From Eledone cirrhosa (taxonomy: Eukaryota): a stretch of 64,000 nucleotides of DNA. The DNA is taken from contig OZ024752.1 in the NCBI GenBank assembly GCA_964016885.1, positions 38,812,001-38,876,000 on the forward strand. Direction: 5' to 3'. A program made the position numbers and the translations under genes. Shown here one piece after another: positions 23,232 through 38,200 of this stretch. Numbering within the stretch: position 1 is the stretch's first letter; the number at the start of each line of letters is the position of its first letter. The notes below the pieces were generated by a model. It was not told the DNA's origin, made no database searches, and worked only from the letters and a program-made list of their open reading frames with translations.

Positions 23232-26200
23232 CTAGGAGATCATCATTTCTTGGGTTTCTTCCTCAACATTGGTGGATTTCGGTGATGACTCAGGAGTTAT
23301 AAATGAATGGAGAGGGAGGTTTTGGTTTGAGGTTGGCTGGAAGCAAAAAAAAAAATGGATATAATAAAATAAAATAAAATAAAATAAAATAAATAAATAA
23401 TTGTTTCTTCTTTCGGCACAAGGCCAGCAACTACCCAGTGCATTACTGGTACTTTATTTTATCAACCCCCGTAAGGATGAAAGGCAAAGTTAACCTCGAC
23501 GGGATTTGAACTCAGAATGGCAAGGGCCGTAACTCTATGCGTCAAAGCATGGCGTCCGACCCTCTACCGATACTGCCAATTCGTCGCCTTTTTAAAATAA
23601 ATAAATAATAGTTTCTTATATAGACACAAAGCCAACAACTTGGGGGAGGGGGGGTTCGATGAAATCGACCGCAGTGCATGACTGGTACTTTATTTTATCG
23701 ACCCTATAAGGATGAAAGGCAAAGTTAACTTCGGCAGGATTTGAACTCAGATCATAAAGGACCGTAACTCTATGCTGCAAAGCATGGCGTCCAACCCTCT
23801 ACCGACTGCCAATCCACCCCCGCCCCCTAAATAAATAATAATAATTGTTTCTACTTTTTTGGCACAAGGCCAGCAATTACCCAGTGCATTACTGGTACTT
23901 TATTTTATCGACCCTGTAAGGATGAAAGGCAAAGTTAACCTCGGCAGGATTTGAACTCAGAATAGCAAGGGCCGTAACTCTATGCGTTAAAGCATGGCGT
24001 CCAGCCCTCTACCGATACTGCCAATCCACCACCCTAAATAAATAAATAATAATAATAATGGTTTCATTTATTGGCCACAAGGGCTGACAAATATGGGACA
24101 ATACAATAGACGGGGACAGTGGGGGTTTTACACAAGTAAATAATAGGAAAACAATAACAATAAACAAGAAAAATACAACAACGAAAATTCCCCAACAGGG
24201 GGATAACCAACCAATGTTGATTCAGGTACCTCACCAATCCTGAACCAGCCAACGCTTCGGAGGGGCACCCGGGAAGGGTACCCCTCTCCTCCTCAAATTC
24301 ACCAGCCTACAGGCGCATGATCAGAGTAGGCCCACTCACACGGGCCATTCTCACCACACTCATCCCCCTTTCAACAAATGTACTGGGGGGGGGGGGGGGG
24401 GGGGGGGGGGGCAGCACTTCTCTCTCCACCCTCACGTTCCTTTCCAATAATACATATATATATAGATATATCATCTCTTTGATGGCACTTACTTCAACAC
24501 ATTCAGAACATAAGCTGGCAACATCTGACTTTGAGAGAGATACATGCTGGCCGCCCATGCATATCTGTGCTTGAATGTAAAAGAGGAGTAAAATTTGCTG
24601 GCCACTGCCACTGCCATCTTGCCACCTATGAGGCTGTGCCACCCATTAGTGCTTTGGCAACCACAAGCAGTCACTAATAACAGGAGGTGCAAGCTCTCCT
24701 ATCCCGATGTCATCTCCAGAGATTCTGGTATGGAAATCTATGATTTGGCAATGACAATGAAGGACAGACCCATGTGGAGATCAATTGTTGAATCCATTTC
24801 GGTTGATCCCGCTGGATGGTGATATCGTCACCTTTTAATGGACGTTAAACGATGATGATGATGATACATATATCATCACCGTTTAATGGACGTTAAACGG
24901 TGATGATGATGATATATATATCATCACCTTTTAATGGACATTAAACAGTGATGATGATGATCATCATTATCATCATCATCTTACGTCCGCTTTTCCCTGC
25001 TTGCAAGGGTGGGACGGGTCCTATTCAGCACAGCATCTCTCCACTTGTCACGGTCCTTCGTCATCTCCTCTGTGAGCTTCAGTAATCAGAGTTCGGCTCT
25101 CACCACCTCCGCCCATGTTTTTCGTGGTCTTTTTTTCTACTGGGATATATGGAGGCACATGGCTTTGTGGTTAGAGCATTGGCCTTGCAATCAAAAGGTT
25201 GTGAGTTCAATTATCAGACCGGGTGATGCGTTGTTTCCTTGAGCAAGACACTTTATTTCACATTGCTCCAGTTTACTCAGCTGTAGAAATGAAATGATAG
25301 GGACTGGGGTCCCTATCATTCCACTGCAAAGTAGTCGTGGAGGTGCCACGGCAAAAAAGCACCCAGCACTCACTGTAAATGAGGTTGGTGTTAGGAAGGG
25401 CATCCAGCTGTAGAAATCAAGCCAGAATCAGTTCCCGTCCCACCCTTGCAAGCAGGGAAAATGTGGATGTAAAATGAAATGATATATATATTATATGAAA
25501 ACTCAATTGTTCAACTGAAAGTTTTACTTACATGTAGTACAACTTGGTCAGAGTTGTTATAATGGTTAACACTCTGGGAATGTATGGCGTCAACAGCACC
25601 AGTTAATTCAGAAGAATCTGAGTGGTTGATTTTTGGAGAATTAACATCAAATGGATTTGGTGAGTTCTGTGCGGATGGCCTGCCAAACTCAAATCGTGAC
25701 ATCTGTTGAGTAACAGCTAATAACCCAGCTTCGTCTACATTGATTATAACCCAAATTACTTCTGCAATAAAATAAAAACAATATCAATACATTTTTACTG
25801 TTTTCCATGTATATTTTTATACTGGAATGAATGAAACACTTCCATCATCATCCTCATCATCATCATCATCATCACCGTTTTACGTCCGTTCTTCCACGCT
25901 AGCATGGGTTAGACGGGTTGTCCTGTTGTGGGCAGTGTCTGGTCGGCTGACCATGCCTTGCTCATACAGGAACTGATTTGGCTTGATTTCTACAGCTGGA
26001 TGCCCTTCCTAACACCAACCTCATTTACAGTGAGTGCTGGGTGCTTTTTCGTGGCGCCTACACATCCACTTTACAGTGTGGGCTGGGTGCTTTTTTTGCC
26101 GTGGCACCTCCACGGCCACCTAGCGGTGGGGAGTGTGGGGGCATATTGTCTATATGCTTCAGCTTGTACCCATGGGAGGTCGGGTACTCTGTATTACTGC

Positions 26201-29200
26201 GTGATGCCAGAGGTCACGGTCGTGTGTCATTTCTTTGAGAGGTGTAATGTCTATCCACATTATGATACAAGTTTGGCCAGTTCGCTATGTTGTAACTTGC
26301 TCAAATGGAACTGTATTTTGGGTGTGTTTTTATGGCTGTTGGATACCCTTCCTGACACAAACCATATTTACAGGATGGAGCAGGGTGCTTCCATTATGAG
26401 GGGGGATCTGGCCAGTTGGCTGTGCTGCTCAAATGGAACTGCGTTTTGGCTTGTTTTTTACAGCTGGATGCCCTTCCTGATACCGACCACGTTTACAGGG
26501 TGGAACTGGGTGCTCCTGTTAAAAGGGGATTTGGCCAGTTGGCTGTGCTGTACCTTGTTCAAATGGAACTGTATTTTGGGAGCTAGGTGGGCCTATTATG
26601 TGGAAGGTCAGGCTGGTTGGCTGCACTGTACCTTGTGTATAGCGGGACCGTGTTTTGGCTGGGTTTTAACGGCTGCTAAATGCCATTCCTGAACCTCAAC
26701 CACATTTACAGTGTAGAACATTTGAATATGAGTGACCTCTACCTGAAGAGTGTAGATATCAGTTAAATGTTTTGTGTCAGATTCTTCTGCACTAAAGATT
26801 TGATTATAAGGTGTGGAAGCTTCATAGTTAATGTGAAGTCAGATGGGTATGTGAAGTTAGAGGGACATGTAGAGCCAGAAGGATATGTGAAGTTAGAGGG
26901 ACATGTGGAGCCAGAGGGATATATGTGGAGCCAGAGGGATATATGTGGAACCAGAGGGATATATGTGAAACCAGAGGGATATATGTGAAACCAGAGGGAT
27001 ATATGTGAAACCAGGGGCATATATGTGAAACCAGAGGGATATATGTGAAACCAGAGGGATATATGTGAAACCAGAGGGATATATGTGAAACCAGAGGGAT
27101 ATATGTGAAACCAGAGGGATATATGTGAAACCAGAGGGATATGTGAAGTAAAATAAAATAAACTATAGGCATCTGATAGTTTCAAAAAAATGATAATCCA
27201 CAAACCTCCAAAATAACAACCTGATGGTGTTATCATTCGCCACTGTCCTTGGTAGATGCCTGTTTTTGAAGGGCTGACCATATCTATACTTATATCAGTC
27301 ACTTGACCAGGACTAAGACTAACAGACATAACTCTGTCTATATGAGTCATCTGGTCTCCATAACAAAACTTCAAGCAGCAGCCAGGAGGCCAACTATCTT
27401 CCCCTACAAAAATACACACACATATATAATAGAAAAGTGATAAACAATATTAAAAAATATGCACAATAATATAAATTATTTTATAACTAACATAGCATAA
27501 TAATAATGGTTTCTGATTTAGGCACAAGGCCAGCAATTTTAGGGGAGGGGAAAGTCAATTAAATCAACCCCAGTGTGTTGCTGGTACTTTATTTTACCAA
27601 CCATGTAAGGATGAAAGGCAAAGCTAACCTTGGTAGGATTTCGACAGTAAGGAAGAGCAATTAGAGTCGTACAAGGTAGAGGAACAGTGGGAATTCCTGA
27701 AAGCAAACCTGCTGATGGCGGCAGACGAAGTCTGTGGCTGGAGCAGGCCTGTAGGCAGGAGGAGAGTAACATGGTGGTGGAACAGTAAGGTGGAGGGGTC
27801 AATCAAGGCCAAAAAGCAGGCTTGGAAAGCATGGCGGGATGGGGGAAGTAGAGAAGACTATCAAGTGGCCAGGAGGGAAGCTAGGAGACAAGTGTACTTC
27901 GCAAGAAGGGAAGCAGAGGAAAGAAAGTTCAAGCATGTTCTACAACACGAGGACCAAAAACGTGAGGTGTTCAGGATTGCTAGGCAATGTGTCAAGGAAA
28001 ACCGTGATATTGTTGGGGAGAAGTGTGTACTTAACGATGATGGCGTACTTGCCATCACTGACGCTGATAAGAAGGTAGCTTGGAAGTGTCACTACGAAAG
28101 GCTACTAAATGAGGAGAATAAATGGGAGAAAGACAGTCTCCCCCACATCGACCCAATAGAGAGACCAGCAGTGTTAGTCGAAGGTAGTATAATAAGTAAG
28201 GCAATCAAAGATATGAAGACGGGTAAGGCGGCTGGGCCTTCGGAAATAGTTGCTGAGATGCTGAAAGCCTCCGGTACGGTGGGACACACCATGGTCACCC
28301 GGATAGTAAACCAAGTCATACAGAATGGGGTTGTTCCGAAGGACTGGCGTAGCAGCATCATCGTTAACTGTTACAAGGGTAAAGGAGACGCCCTAGATAG
28401 GAGTAACTATAGAGGCATTAAATTAATCGACCAGGTCATGAAGGTCACGGAAAAAGTAATAGCGCAACTAATCAGAGAGAGAATTGATCTAGATGAAATG
28501 CAGTTCGGGTTTGTGTCAGGCAAAAGTACCACAGACGCTCTTTTCATTGTATGACAACTACAGGAGAAGTACCTAGCTAAAAGTAAACCCCTATACTTAG
28601 CTTTTGTCGACTTGGAGAAAGTCCCCCGTTCCATTATCTGGTGGGCTCTGAGAAAACTAGGCGTTGACGAATGGCTTGTGAGAGCCATACAAGCCATGTA
28701 TAAAGAAACAGTCAGCAAGGTTAGAATTAACAACGAATATAGTGAAGAGTTTAGCGTAAAAGTTGGTGTCCATCAGGGCTCTGTTCTTAGCCCCCTACTA
28801 TTTATTATTGCCCTTCAGGCTATAACAGAGGAGTTCAAGACCGGCTGCCCATGGGAACTCCTATACGTAGATGATCTAACGCTCATAGCTGAATCAATGG
28901 CCGAGCTAGAGAAGAAATTCCAAACATGGAAGCACGACCTAGAATCAAAAGGCCTTAAAATTAACCTGGCTAAGACTAAAGTTCTAGTTCGTAGGAAAGA
29001 AAATAAGGCGCCGGTCCCCTCCGGGAAATGGCCATGCTCAGTGTGTAGGAAAGGCATAGGTAGAAACTCCATTTTATGTCCCAAATGCAAAGTATGGGTG
29101 CATAAAAGATGTAGTGGGATCACAGGTAAGCTAACTAAGAACACAGATTTTACATGTGGCCGGTGCTCTGGTGCAGCAAGTGCCCACAAAATACTAACTC

Positions 29201-32200
29201 TTTCAATTGCGCAGAGGGTTCTATAGAAATAGTGGACAACTTCCGTTACCTGGGTGACAAAATCAGCAGTGGGGGAGGGTGCTCTGAAAGTTCAGTAGCT
29301 AGAGTCAGAACTGGATGGAAAAAGTTCAAAGAGCTTATACCACTATTAGCCGCTAAAGGGTTCTCCCTAAAAATGAAAGGCAGGTTGTATGATGCCTGCA
29401 TACGAACAGCAATGTTGTATGGCAGTGAGACCTGGGCATTGTGTGCAGAGGATATACGCAGACTAGAGAGGAACGAAGCTTGCATGCTCCGCTGGATGTG
29501 TAACAGTAATATACGTGAACGGCAAAGCATAAACGAACTAAGGAAAAAATTAGAAATAAGAGGGATCAGATGTTGTTTACTCGAGAGAAGGCTACGTTGG
29601 TATGGTCACGTGATGCGCATGAAAGACGACAGCTGGGCAATAAAGATAGATGGTAGCCACGGAGTAGGCAGACCCAGGAAAACCTGGGACGAGCTGATAA
29701 ATTCCGCCCTCACACACTTACACCTCTCCAAGACAATGTCACTGGACCGAGACCTTTGGCGGTACTCAGTAACAGAGAAGACCCGCCTTACCTAAATACA
29801 AAGTAAAACCTACTAGTCAGTAGGCATCTCTAACAAAATACACCTCTGTCCCACCCTATCCACACCGCCCCCTTCAATGCAAAGTTATGTTGGTGCCACA
29901 ACATCCAGGCCGAAACAAATGAGATCGTGTAGGTGTCACGACAAAAAACACACAGTCCACGCTGTAATGTGGCCGTGTAGGCAACACGGTAAAAACCTCC
30001 GAGTCCCACACTGTAAATGTGGTTGGTGTTAGGAAGGGCATCCAGCTGTAGAAAACACGCCAGACAGTCCACGCTGTAATGTGGCCGTGTAGGCAACACG
30101 GTAAAAACCTCCCAGCCCCACACTGTAAATGTGGTTGGTGTTAGGAAGGGCATCCAGCTGTAGAAAACCCGCCAGACAGTCCTATGCGAGCAAGACAACC
30201 ACTCTTGCCTCAAGTGGGAAAACCCCCGTCCAAGCCCATGCAAGCGTGGAACAGGGACGTTAAACGATGATGATGATGATGATGATGAATATAAAATAAT
30301 TATAACAATAATAATACAGATAATATTTTCAACTGATTTACACTCATTAGGCTAGTGGTGTTAACTGAAACAGTTAAGTCTTAGACTAAATACGAGGGTG
30401 AACTGTAAAAGTAGAATGTTCAGCTTCTTGTTACCCTTATGTCTCTATAAGAAGGCTCGAGTATTTGTGTTTGGATAAATGGTGCTAAATCAAAACTAGT
30501 CAATGTGGGAGTCAGACTCCACCAAGGGTGCATACTGTCGCCTCTCTTGTTCATAATTTCCACTCCAGGTAGAGCTGCTACTTCTCAGAATTGAGAGATC
30601 ACAGCTCCAATATTACAGGCATGTGGTTAGAATGTCTCAGGAAAGAATCACTGGACTGATTTTATGAGCAAAACCAACTGACAGGAGACCCAGGAATAAA
30701 CCCTGAGCAAGATGGTTGGATAACATCCATGAGCTCAGCTGGTCTCACTTGGAGATCCAGCCAGATCAATTGGAGACAGTTGCTTCTGACAGGACTCGCT
30801 GGAAGGAGTGTTGGATGAGTCTGCACTCACAACCCTCTCAGGAATAAGTGGGCAAAGAAGAACTTAACACCAGAGATATTGACTGATATGTCCCAGAAGG
30901 ATAATTGCATTAGTTTGGATATATTTGTAAATAAAAGGTGAACAAATATTTTCAATTGATGGTAGATGTTTATGGTAGAATAGTTGAGATCTGAACATGT
31001 TGAGTCATAGACAAAGTGCATGGTTTAAAGATGTACTGACAGTCACAACATTGCAGGTCCATCTAACTATGATAAAACAGATACCAAATCAAATCAATGA
31101 TGAGTGTGATGATGATGAAATTTTCTTTTCTTTTTTTTACCTGAATTCTGCAATCGCCAAGTTTTGGTGAATTTAGTATTTGGTGGGACTGACTCTCCTT
31201 CTCCAACAGTGACATCTTTGACAAAAGACATGGACGGTAAGCGAATACTAGGTTGTTCAAAATCATAGTATGAACAAATTGCAGCTTGTAAATTCCTGAA
31301 AAATATAAGATTGAAAAATAAAATTTTGACCACAATAATGGTTTCCGAGTTAGGCACAAGTCAACAATTTGGGGGTTAGGGGAAAGTCGATTAAATCAAC
31401 CCCAGTCTATTACTGGTACTTTATTTTATCGACTCCATAAGGATGAAAAACAAAGTAAACCTCGGCAGGATTTGAACTTGGAATGTAAATTGATTATAAT
31501 AATAAAGGTTTCTGATTTAGACACAAGGCCAACAATTTGGGGGTTGGGGAAAGTCAATTAAATCAACACCAGTATGTTACTGGTACTTAATTTTATTGAC
31601 CCCATAAGGATGAAAGGAAAAGTTAACCTTGGCAGGTTTTTTACACAATAATCACAATACAAAGTGGGACCTATTCTTGCCTGAGGCAAAGATGACAGTT
31701 GCATAAATATATAGACAACTATAATTATAAACACAAACACACTCATTATATATGGTGTCTCAAGTAATGAACATGCAAACCAGCAACAATGGTTGGCAAC
31801 ATTACTCTATATTTACTACTGTATTTTTGTAGTAAAGGCTTTACCTCACATAATTATCCCACATGGCTGGAGTATTGGCGGGAAAGCGTCACATGCTTAG
31901 TAGGTAGTTACTATGGTGATATCTATCTGTCTTTCACACCCAGTCTCTCTCTCTCTCTCTCACTGTACTTCTCTCTCAACATTTCAGGTGACGAATGACC
32001 TTCAGCAACAAATTAAGTTCATCAACCAAGGTTTCACTGTATCATCATTGTTTAACACACATATATAGACACACACATATATATATATATATGAGAGAGA
32101 GAGGAGAGAGAGAGCAAGACATGGTCACCTCACCCAACTTGCCTCAAATGGGACAACCCATCTAACCCATGCTAGCATGAAAAAAAATGGACATTAAATG

Positions 32201-35200
32201 GTGCTGATGATATATATAATAGACAGATAGAGGAAAGATTATGGGTAGGTTAAAAGTGCAGCCAATAGTTCTGAGGATAAAAGTTATAATAGAAAAGAGA
32301 GAAAAAGCATCAGTAAACTGGTTATACCTTGCTCATGTCCCATTTAAGGCTTAATTTCTACGACTGGATCTCTTCCTAACACTAACCACTTTTCAGTATG
32401 TACTGGGAACATTTTATTACAGGGTGGACTAGGTGTGTTTTTTTGTTTTTTTTATCGTGGCATCAACACTACCACTTTTACAGAGCAGACTAGGTGTGTT
32501 TTATTATGACATCAATATGACCACTTTCCAAAGTGGGCTGGGTACATTTTATCGTAGCACCAGCACTACAACACTCATCGTGACCTTGGTCAGGCTGGGG
32601 AAAGCAATGACAAGAATGAGGATTCAGGTTACATGATACTTGCCTGATGAGTGTCATCCCACTGTGGGAGAACTTGAAAGGTGCAGTATGAGAGGAGCTG
32701 GGGGTTAATTGGTTGGAAACTATTCAACCCTTTAGCATTTACATTACTCTATATCTACTACTATATTTTTGTATTAAAGGCTTTATCTCACATAATTATC
32801 CCACATAATATCGAATCTATGAGATTTTGATATTATTTACCTTGAGAACAATACCTTAATATCAGTATGAGCAGCTGGTTATGGCCAGTTTGAACAGAAA
32901 GAGGTGAGAGAACTCTAGCCGGATACGGCTGGTTTAAATGCTAAAGGATTAAGAAACAGGCAACACTTTATAAAGATAGGTGAACATAAGTGAACACATG
33001 CATGAATGTTACTTGTGGAATACATTAGAGGTCAGCATTTGACTCGAAATAGTTCATTATTTTATATATAAATGACATATGTAGAATATAAAAAATATCA
33101 ACATTTGATAAATTTGTGGACAACAATGAATGTTTTTGTCCAGAGAAGAATTTACAGCAATTTTTAAAAGTTTAACCCTTTAGCATTTAAACCGGCCATA
33201 TCCAGCCAGAATTCTCTCACCTCTTTCTGTTCAAACCGGTCATAACCGGCTGCTCAACTGATATTAAGGTATTGTTCTAAAAATAAATAATGTCAAAATC
33301 TCATAGATTCAATGTTATATAAGATATTATGTGTGGTAAAGCCTTTACCGTGAAAATACAATAGTATATATAAAGTAATGTAAATGCTAAAGGGTTAAAG
33401 GTAATCATAGCATAAATGAGAAAAAATAAAATGATAGTTTGACATAAACAAATTATCAAGATTGTGTTATTTGGAAAATGTAAAATAAACAATCAAGTAA
33501 ATGAGATGATAGACAATGTTAAAGAGTACAAAGGTGAGCTGAAAGGTTCATATGCTGACTATGAAGAGCTGTGAAATCTTGCATGCATTAATTGTGATGT
33601 GCATGGATCATGATCACTGGGTAAAGAAGTGCCAGGAAATCCCAGTGGAAGGAAGCTGCAGTAGAATTAGACTAAGGGAGACCTGGGCAGAGGTGGTGAG
33701 AGCTGATCTCAAGTTGCCGAGATTCGCAAATGAGTTGACGAAGGAACACGGTGCATGGAGAGATGGTGTACTGAAAAGGCCCCGTCCAACCCATGCAAGA
33801 GTTGAAAAGCAGACATAAAAACGATGATGATGATGATATTTTAAAAGAATGTTAAAAAATAAGTATAACACTTTAAAATAAAGTTTTGAATTAAATGGGT
33901 TAAGTTTGTTTATTAACCCTTTAGCATTTAAACCAGCCATATCCGGCTAGAATTATCTCACCTCTTTCTGTTCAGACTGGCTGTAACTGGCTGCTCATAT
34001 TGACATTAAGGTATTGTTCTCAAAATAAATAATATCAATATTTCATAGATTCTATATTATGTTAGATAAAGCTTTTACAATGAAAATATAATAGTAAATA
34101 TAGAGTAATGTAAATGTTATGTGAGATAAAGCCTTTACAATGAAAATATAATAGTAAATATAGAGTAATGTAAATGTTATGTTAGATAAAGCTTTTACAA
34201 TGAAAATATAATAGTAAATATAGAGTAATGTAAATGTTATGTGAGATAAAGCCTTTACAATGAAAATATAATAGTAAATATAGAGTAATGTAAATGTTAT
34301 GCGAGATAATTATGTGAGGTAAAGCCTTTACCATGAAAATATAATAGTAAATATAGAGTAATGTAAATGTTATGCGAGATAATTATGTGAGGTAAAGCCT
34401 TTACCATGAAAATATAATAGTAAATATAGAGTAATGTAAATGTTATGCGAGATAATTATGTGAGGTAAAGCCTTTACCATGAAAATATAATAGTAAATAT
34501 AGAGTAATGTAAATGTTATGCGAGATAATTATGTGAGGTAAAGCCTTTACCATGAAAATATAATAGTAAATATAGAGTAATGTAAATGTTATGCGAGATA
34601 ATTATGTGAGGTAAAGCCTTTACCATGAAAATATAATAGTAAATATAGAGTAATGTAAATGTTATGCGAGATAATTATGTGAGGTAAAGCCTTTACAGTG
34701 AAAATGTAATAGTAAATATAGAGTAATGTAAATGTTATGTGAGATAATTATGTGAGGTAAAGCCTTTACAGTGAAAATGTAATAGTAAATATAGAGTAAT
34801 GTAAATGTTATGCGAGATAATTATGTGAGGTAAAGCCTTTACAGTGAAAATGTAATAGTAAATATAGAGTAATGTAAATGTTATGTGAGATAATTATGTG
34901 AGGTAAAGCCTTTACAGTGAAAATGTAATAGTAAATATAGAGTAATGTAAATGTTATGTGAGATAATTATGTGAGGTAAAGCCTTTACAGTGAAAATGTA
35001 ATAGTAAATATAGAGTAATATAAATGCTAATAAGGTTAAGTTTGTTTATTAAGGTTTATTGTCCATTTCATTTTACTGTTATAGTTTTATTTTATTAAAG
35101 AAGGGCGTTAAGGTTTTGACCCTTTGTGTAGAATATATCAGAGTATTTCCTAAAGAATCAATTTTTGAAAACATTTAATTAATGATTTAGATGAACAGTG

Positions 35201-38200
35201 GTATCAATGATAGTTTTGTTCAATGAAAAACATATCTTGACACAATTGGCCAGTATAGTTTTGGCCAAAGTCCAATCAATTTACAGATCTAAAAATGTGT
35301 ACTGAGAGCAATTGTGATCAGAAAGTAATTGTACAACTTACCGTATATACTCGAATATAAGCCGACCCCCACCCCAATTTTATGTACGAGAAATGGGCAA
35401 AAATTCAAACCCCATTTATAGAGACTGAGGCAGCTGATCAATACATTGTTTAGAGGGTGTGTGTAAACATACCCTTCAATTTTACCATCAATTTTTGGGA
35501 CCCATATTCCTCGGCTTATATTTGAGTATGTACGGTGTATAGAGAATATGGGTCTTGTTGGGATATAATGAACAGATACTGTGGTATTGTCATCAAATAT
35601 CTGTTTTGTGTCTACTGCATCAGAATGAAACCCATCAACCCTTTAGTATTTACATTACTCTATTTTCGTGGTAAACAATTTATCTCACATAATATCGAAT
35701 CTATGAGATTTTAATATTTATTTTGAGAACAATACCTTAACATCAGTATGAGTGGCCAGTTACAGCCGGTTTGAACAGACAGAGGTGAGAGAATTCTGGC
35801 CAAATACAGCCAGTTTAAATGAAGATATTATTTCCTTCAAACTTATTTTCATTTAAAGACAAAATTTACTAATTTTTCTATAAGACATATAATATATTAA
35901 TAATCCTATTATTTTAGGTTCAATGACTAAGGTTAAAATACTGGACCACTGACCACATGCTCATAGTTCAAATCAACACTTATTATTTGACATACTGAAG
36001 TATCTTTGATTGTGTTGGTCTGCCTGGCTATCAATAGAAACCATAAATACTTTACAATTGAGAGATTGACAATAGGAAGTACCCCTGGCTATAAATATAT
36101 TCTCAAAAACAATACACAAAAAAAATTCATATTTGCACTATGCTACCAACTTCGGTTCACAAACTTAATTCATTCCTGAAGGCCATTCAGGCCAAATGAT
36201 CATAAGCCGAAACTATTTTTCCCATACAAAATGTTGAGAGAGAGAGAGAGACTGTGTGTGAAAGACAGATAGATATCACCGTAGTAACTAACTACACAGC
36301 AAGTGATGCTTTCCTGCCTATACGCCAAGCTTTTTGCCAACCATTGTTTCTGGCCTGCATGTTCGTTACTTGAGACATGTTATGTTTGGAAAAATTGTTT
36401 ATGAACTGAGGTTTCACTGTATTTAAAAATTAAAAAAAGTAAAACAATTTCCAAAGAAATAAAAGTAAAACTAAAACTGAAATAAACCTACTAACAGGTA
36501 TTATCAAAGGAGAACATAAATACAGCAAATAATGATTTCTGATTTAGACATACTTTGGGGATTTTCCCATATATCTGATTAAGCATGTGATGGGTCTGCC
36601 AAGGAATATTATGTGGCCTTCTCAGAAGGGTAATGTAACATTCATTTAAGCAGTTCTGTAGAAAGTAGAAAGTGCAATGTGCAAGTCTCAGAACCAAAGG
36701 GAAGGATAGGGTAAAGGTTTGAAAAACTGGTTGAATTAAAGAGACAATAAAATATATGCACACTAGTAAATATCTCTTACAGTTTTTGTTACTTATGACT
36801 CTTTTCTTCAACAAATACAGAATTATGAAAATTCAGTTATAAAGTGTTGGAATTTAGTGGACTGGGAGAGGATGTTACTGATATGACCTTCAGTTCAGCT
36901 GAATTAGTCTTTCACTAAGTAAGAAACTAACTGAGGAATAGAAGTATCAGCTGGTCTAACTCAGAGTTGAAGTCAAAGTGTCATATGGATGTCATATATA
37001 AGTGATCTGGTATTCTGCTTGAGAATAGCTCTCAATACTTAACTTCATTTAATACTTTCAATACTATCCTTTCTAATTATGAAAAACACAATGCTTAAAC
37101 TTTCACAATCTACAAATGTTAGAGCATCACAATCTTTGATAACCATTCATAGTAATCTCACGTAATAAATATTGCAACCCAAAACCTGAGTTTCTTGCTT
37201 TGAGTTCAGAAAATACATTGGCTCTCAACAATTGCTGACAGACAAATGTCCCACATTAGAGATATCACTATCATGCCTGGGATGAGGTGATAAAAGCCGA
37301 CCTTACCCAATTACACCTCTCAAAGGCTCTCAGTGATGTCTTTATCCTTTGTTATCACATAGCAACAGAGAAAATGTCCAAAGCTTTTCTCAAAAGAAAA
37401 TGCCCTAGAAACACCCTATGTCAATACGTCTTCCCTACGACTCCTTCGGGAGTTGTGGGACAAAGAAGAAAAGATACTAAGCAAGAGACACCAACATTAT
37501 TTTAACTGCTGCTTTTCCTTGCTTGCACTGGAGTCTTCTTCAATAACACATAGCCCCAATCACCACAGTCCTATGTCATCTCCTTTGTGAGGTTCAGCTT
37601 CTTGAAATAGGTTCAGTCTTCATCACTTTTATCCCATGTCTTAGATCTCCCGCTTCCACTTTAACCCTTTAGCATTTAAACCAGCCATATCCGGCCAGAA
37701 TTCTCTCACCTCTTTCTGTTCAAACTGGTCATAACCGGCCACTCATACCGACATTAAGGTATTGTTCTTAAAATAAATAACATCAAAATCTTGTAGATCC
37801 GATATTATGTGAGATATTTTTGCGAGGTAAAGACTTTACCATGAAAATACAATAGTATATACAGAGTAATGTAAATACTAAACCGACCATATCCGGCCAG
37901 AATTCTCTCATCTTTACCTCTTTCTGTTCAAACCGATGTTAAAGTATTGTTCTCAAAATAAATAATATCAAAATCTCATAGATATCGATATTATGGGAGA
38001 TAAAGCTTTTACCATGAACATACAATAGTAAATATAGAGTAATGTATGTACTACAACTGACATCGTTCATATGCATCACCGATACCAGCATCATGTTCTT
38101 TCTCACACTTACTACATCTGATTCCTCTTATATCCAGGTTAACTTTCAGCTCATTTATTCACACACACACTAGTATTTCGCATCCAGTGGAATAGGTTTC

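Noticed and set aside
26763-27205. Extension of the 218-aa ORF beyond ILRUN exon 3
   Set aside because: Read-through past the GT donor into a 20-bp minisatellite; only 27403-27206 is ILRUN-like
32644-32690. CTGATGA...GAAA as a hammerhead
   Set aside because: No stem I or stem III pairing around an NUH site; lies in a decayed RTE-tail derivative
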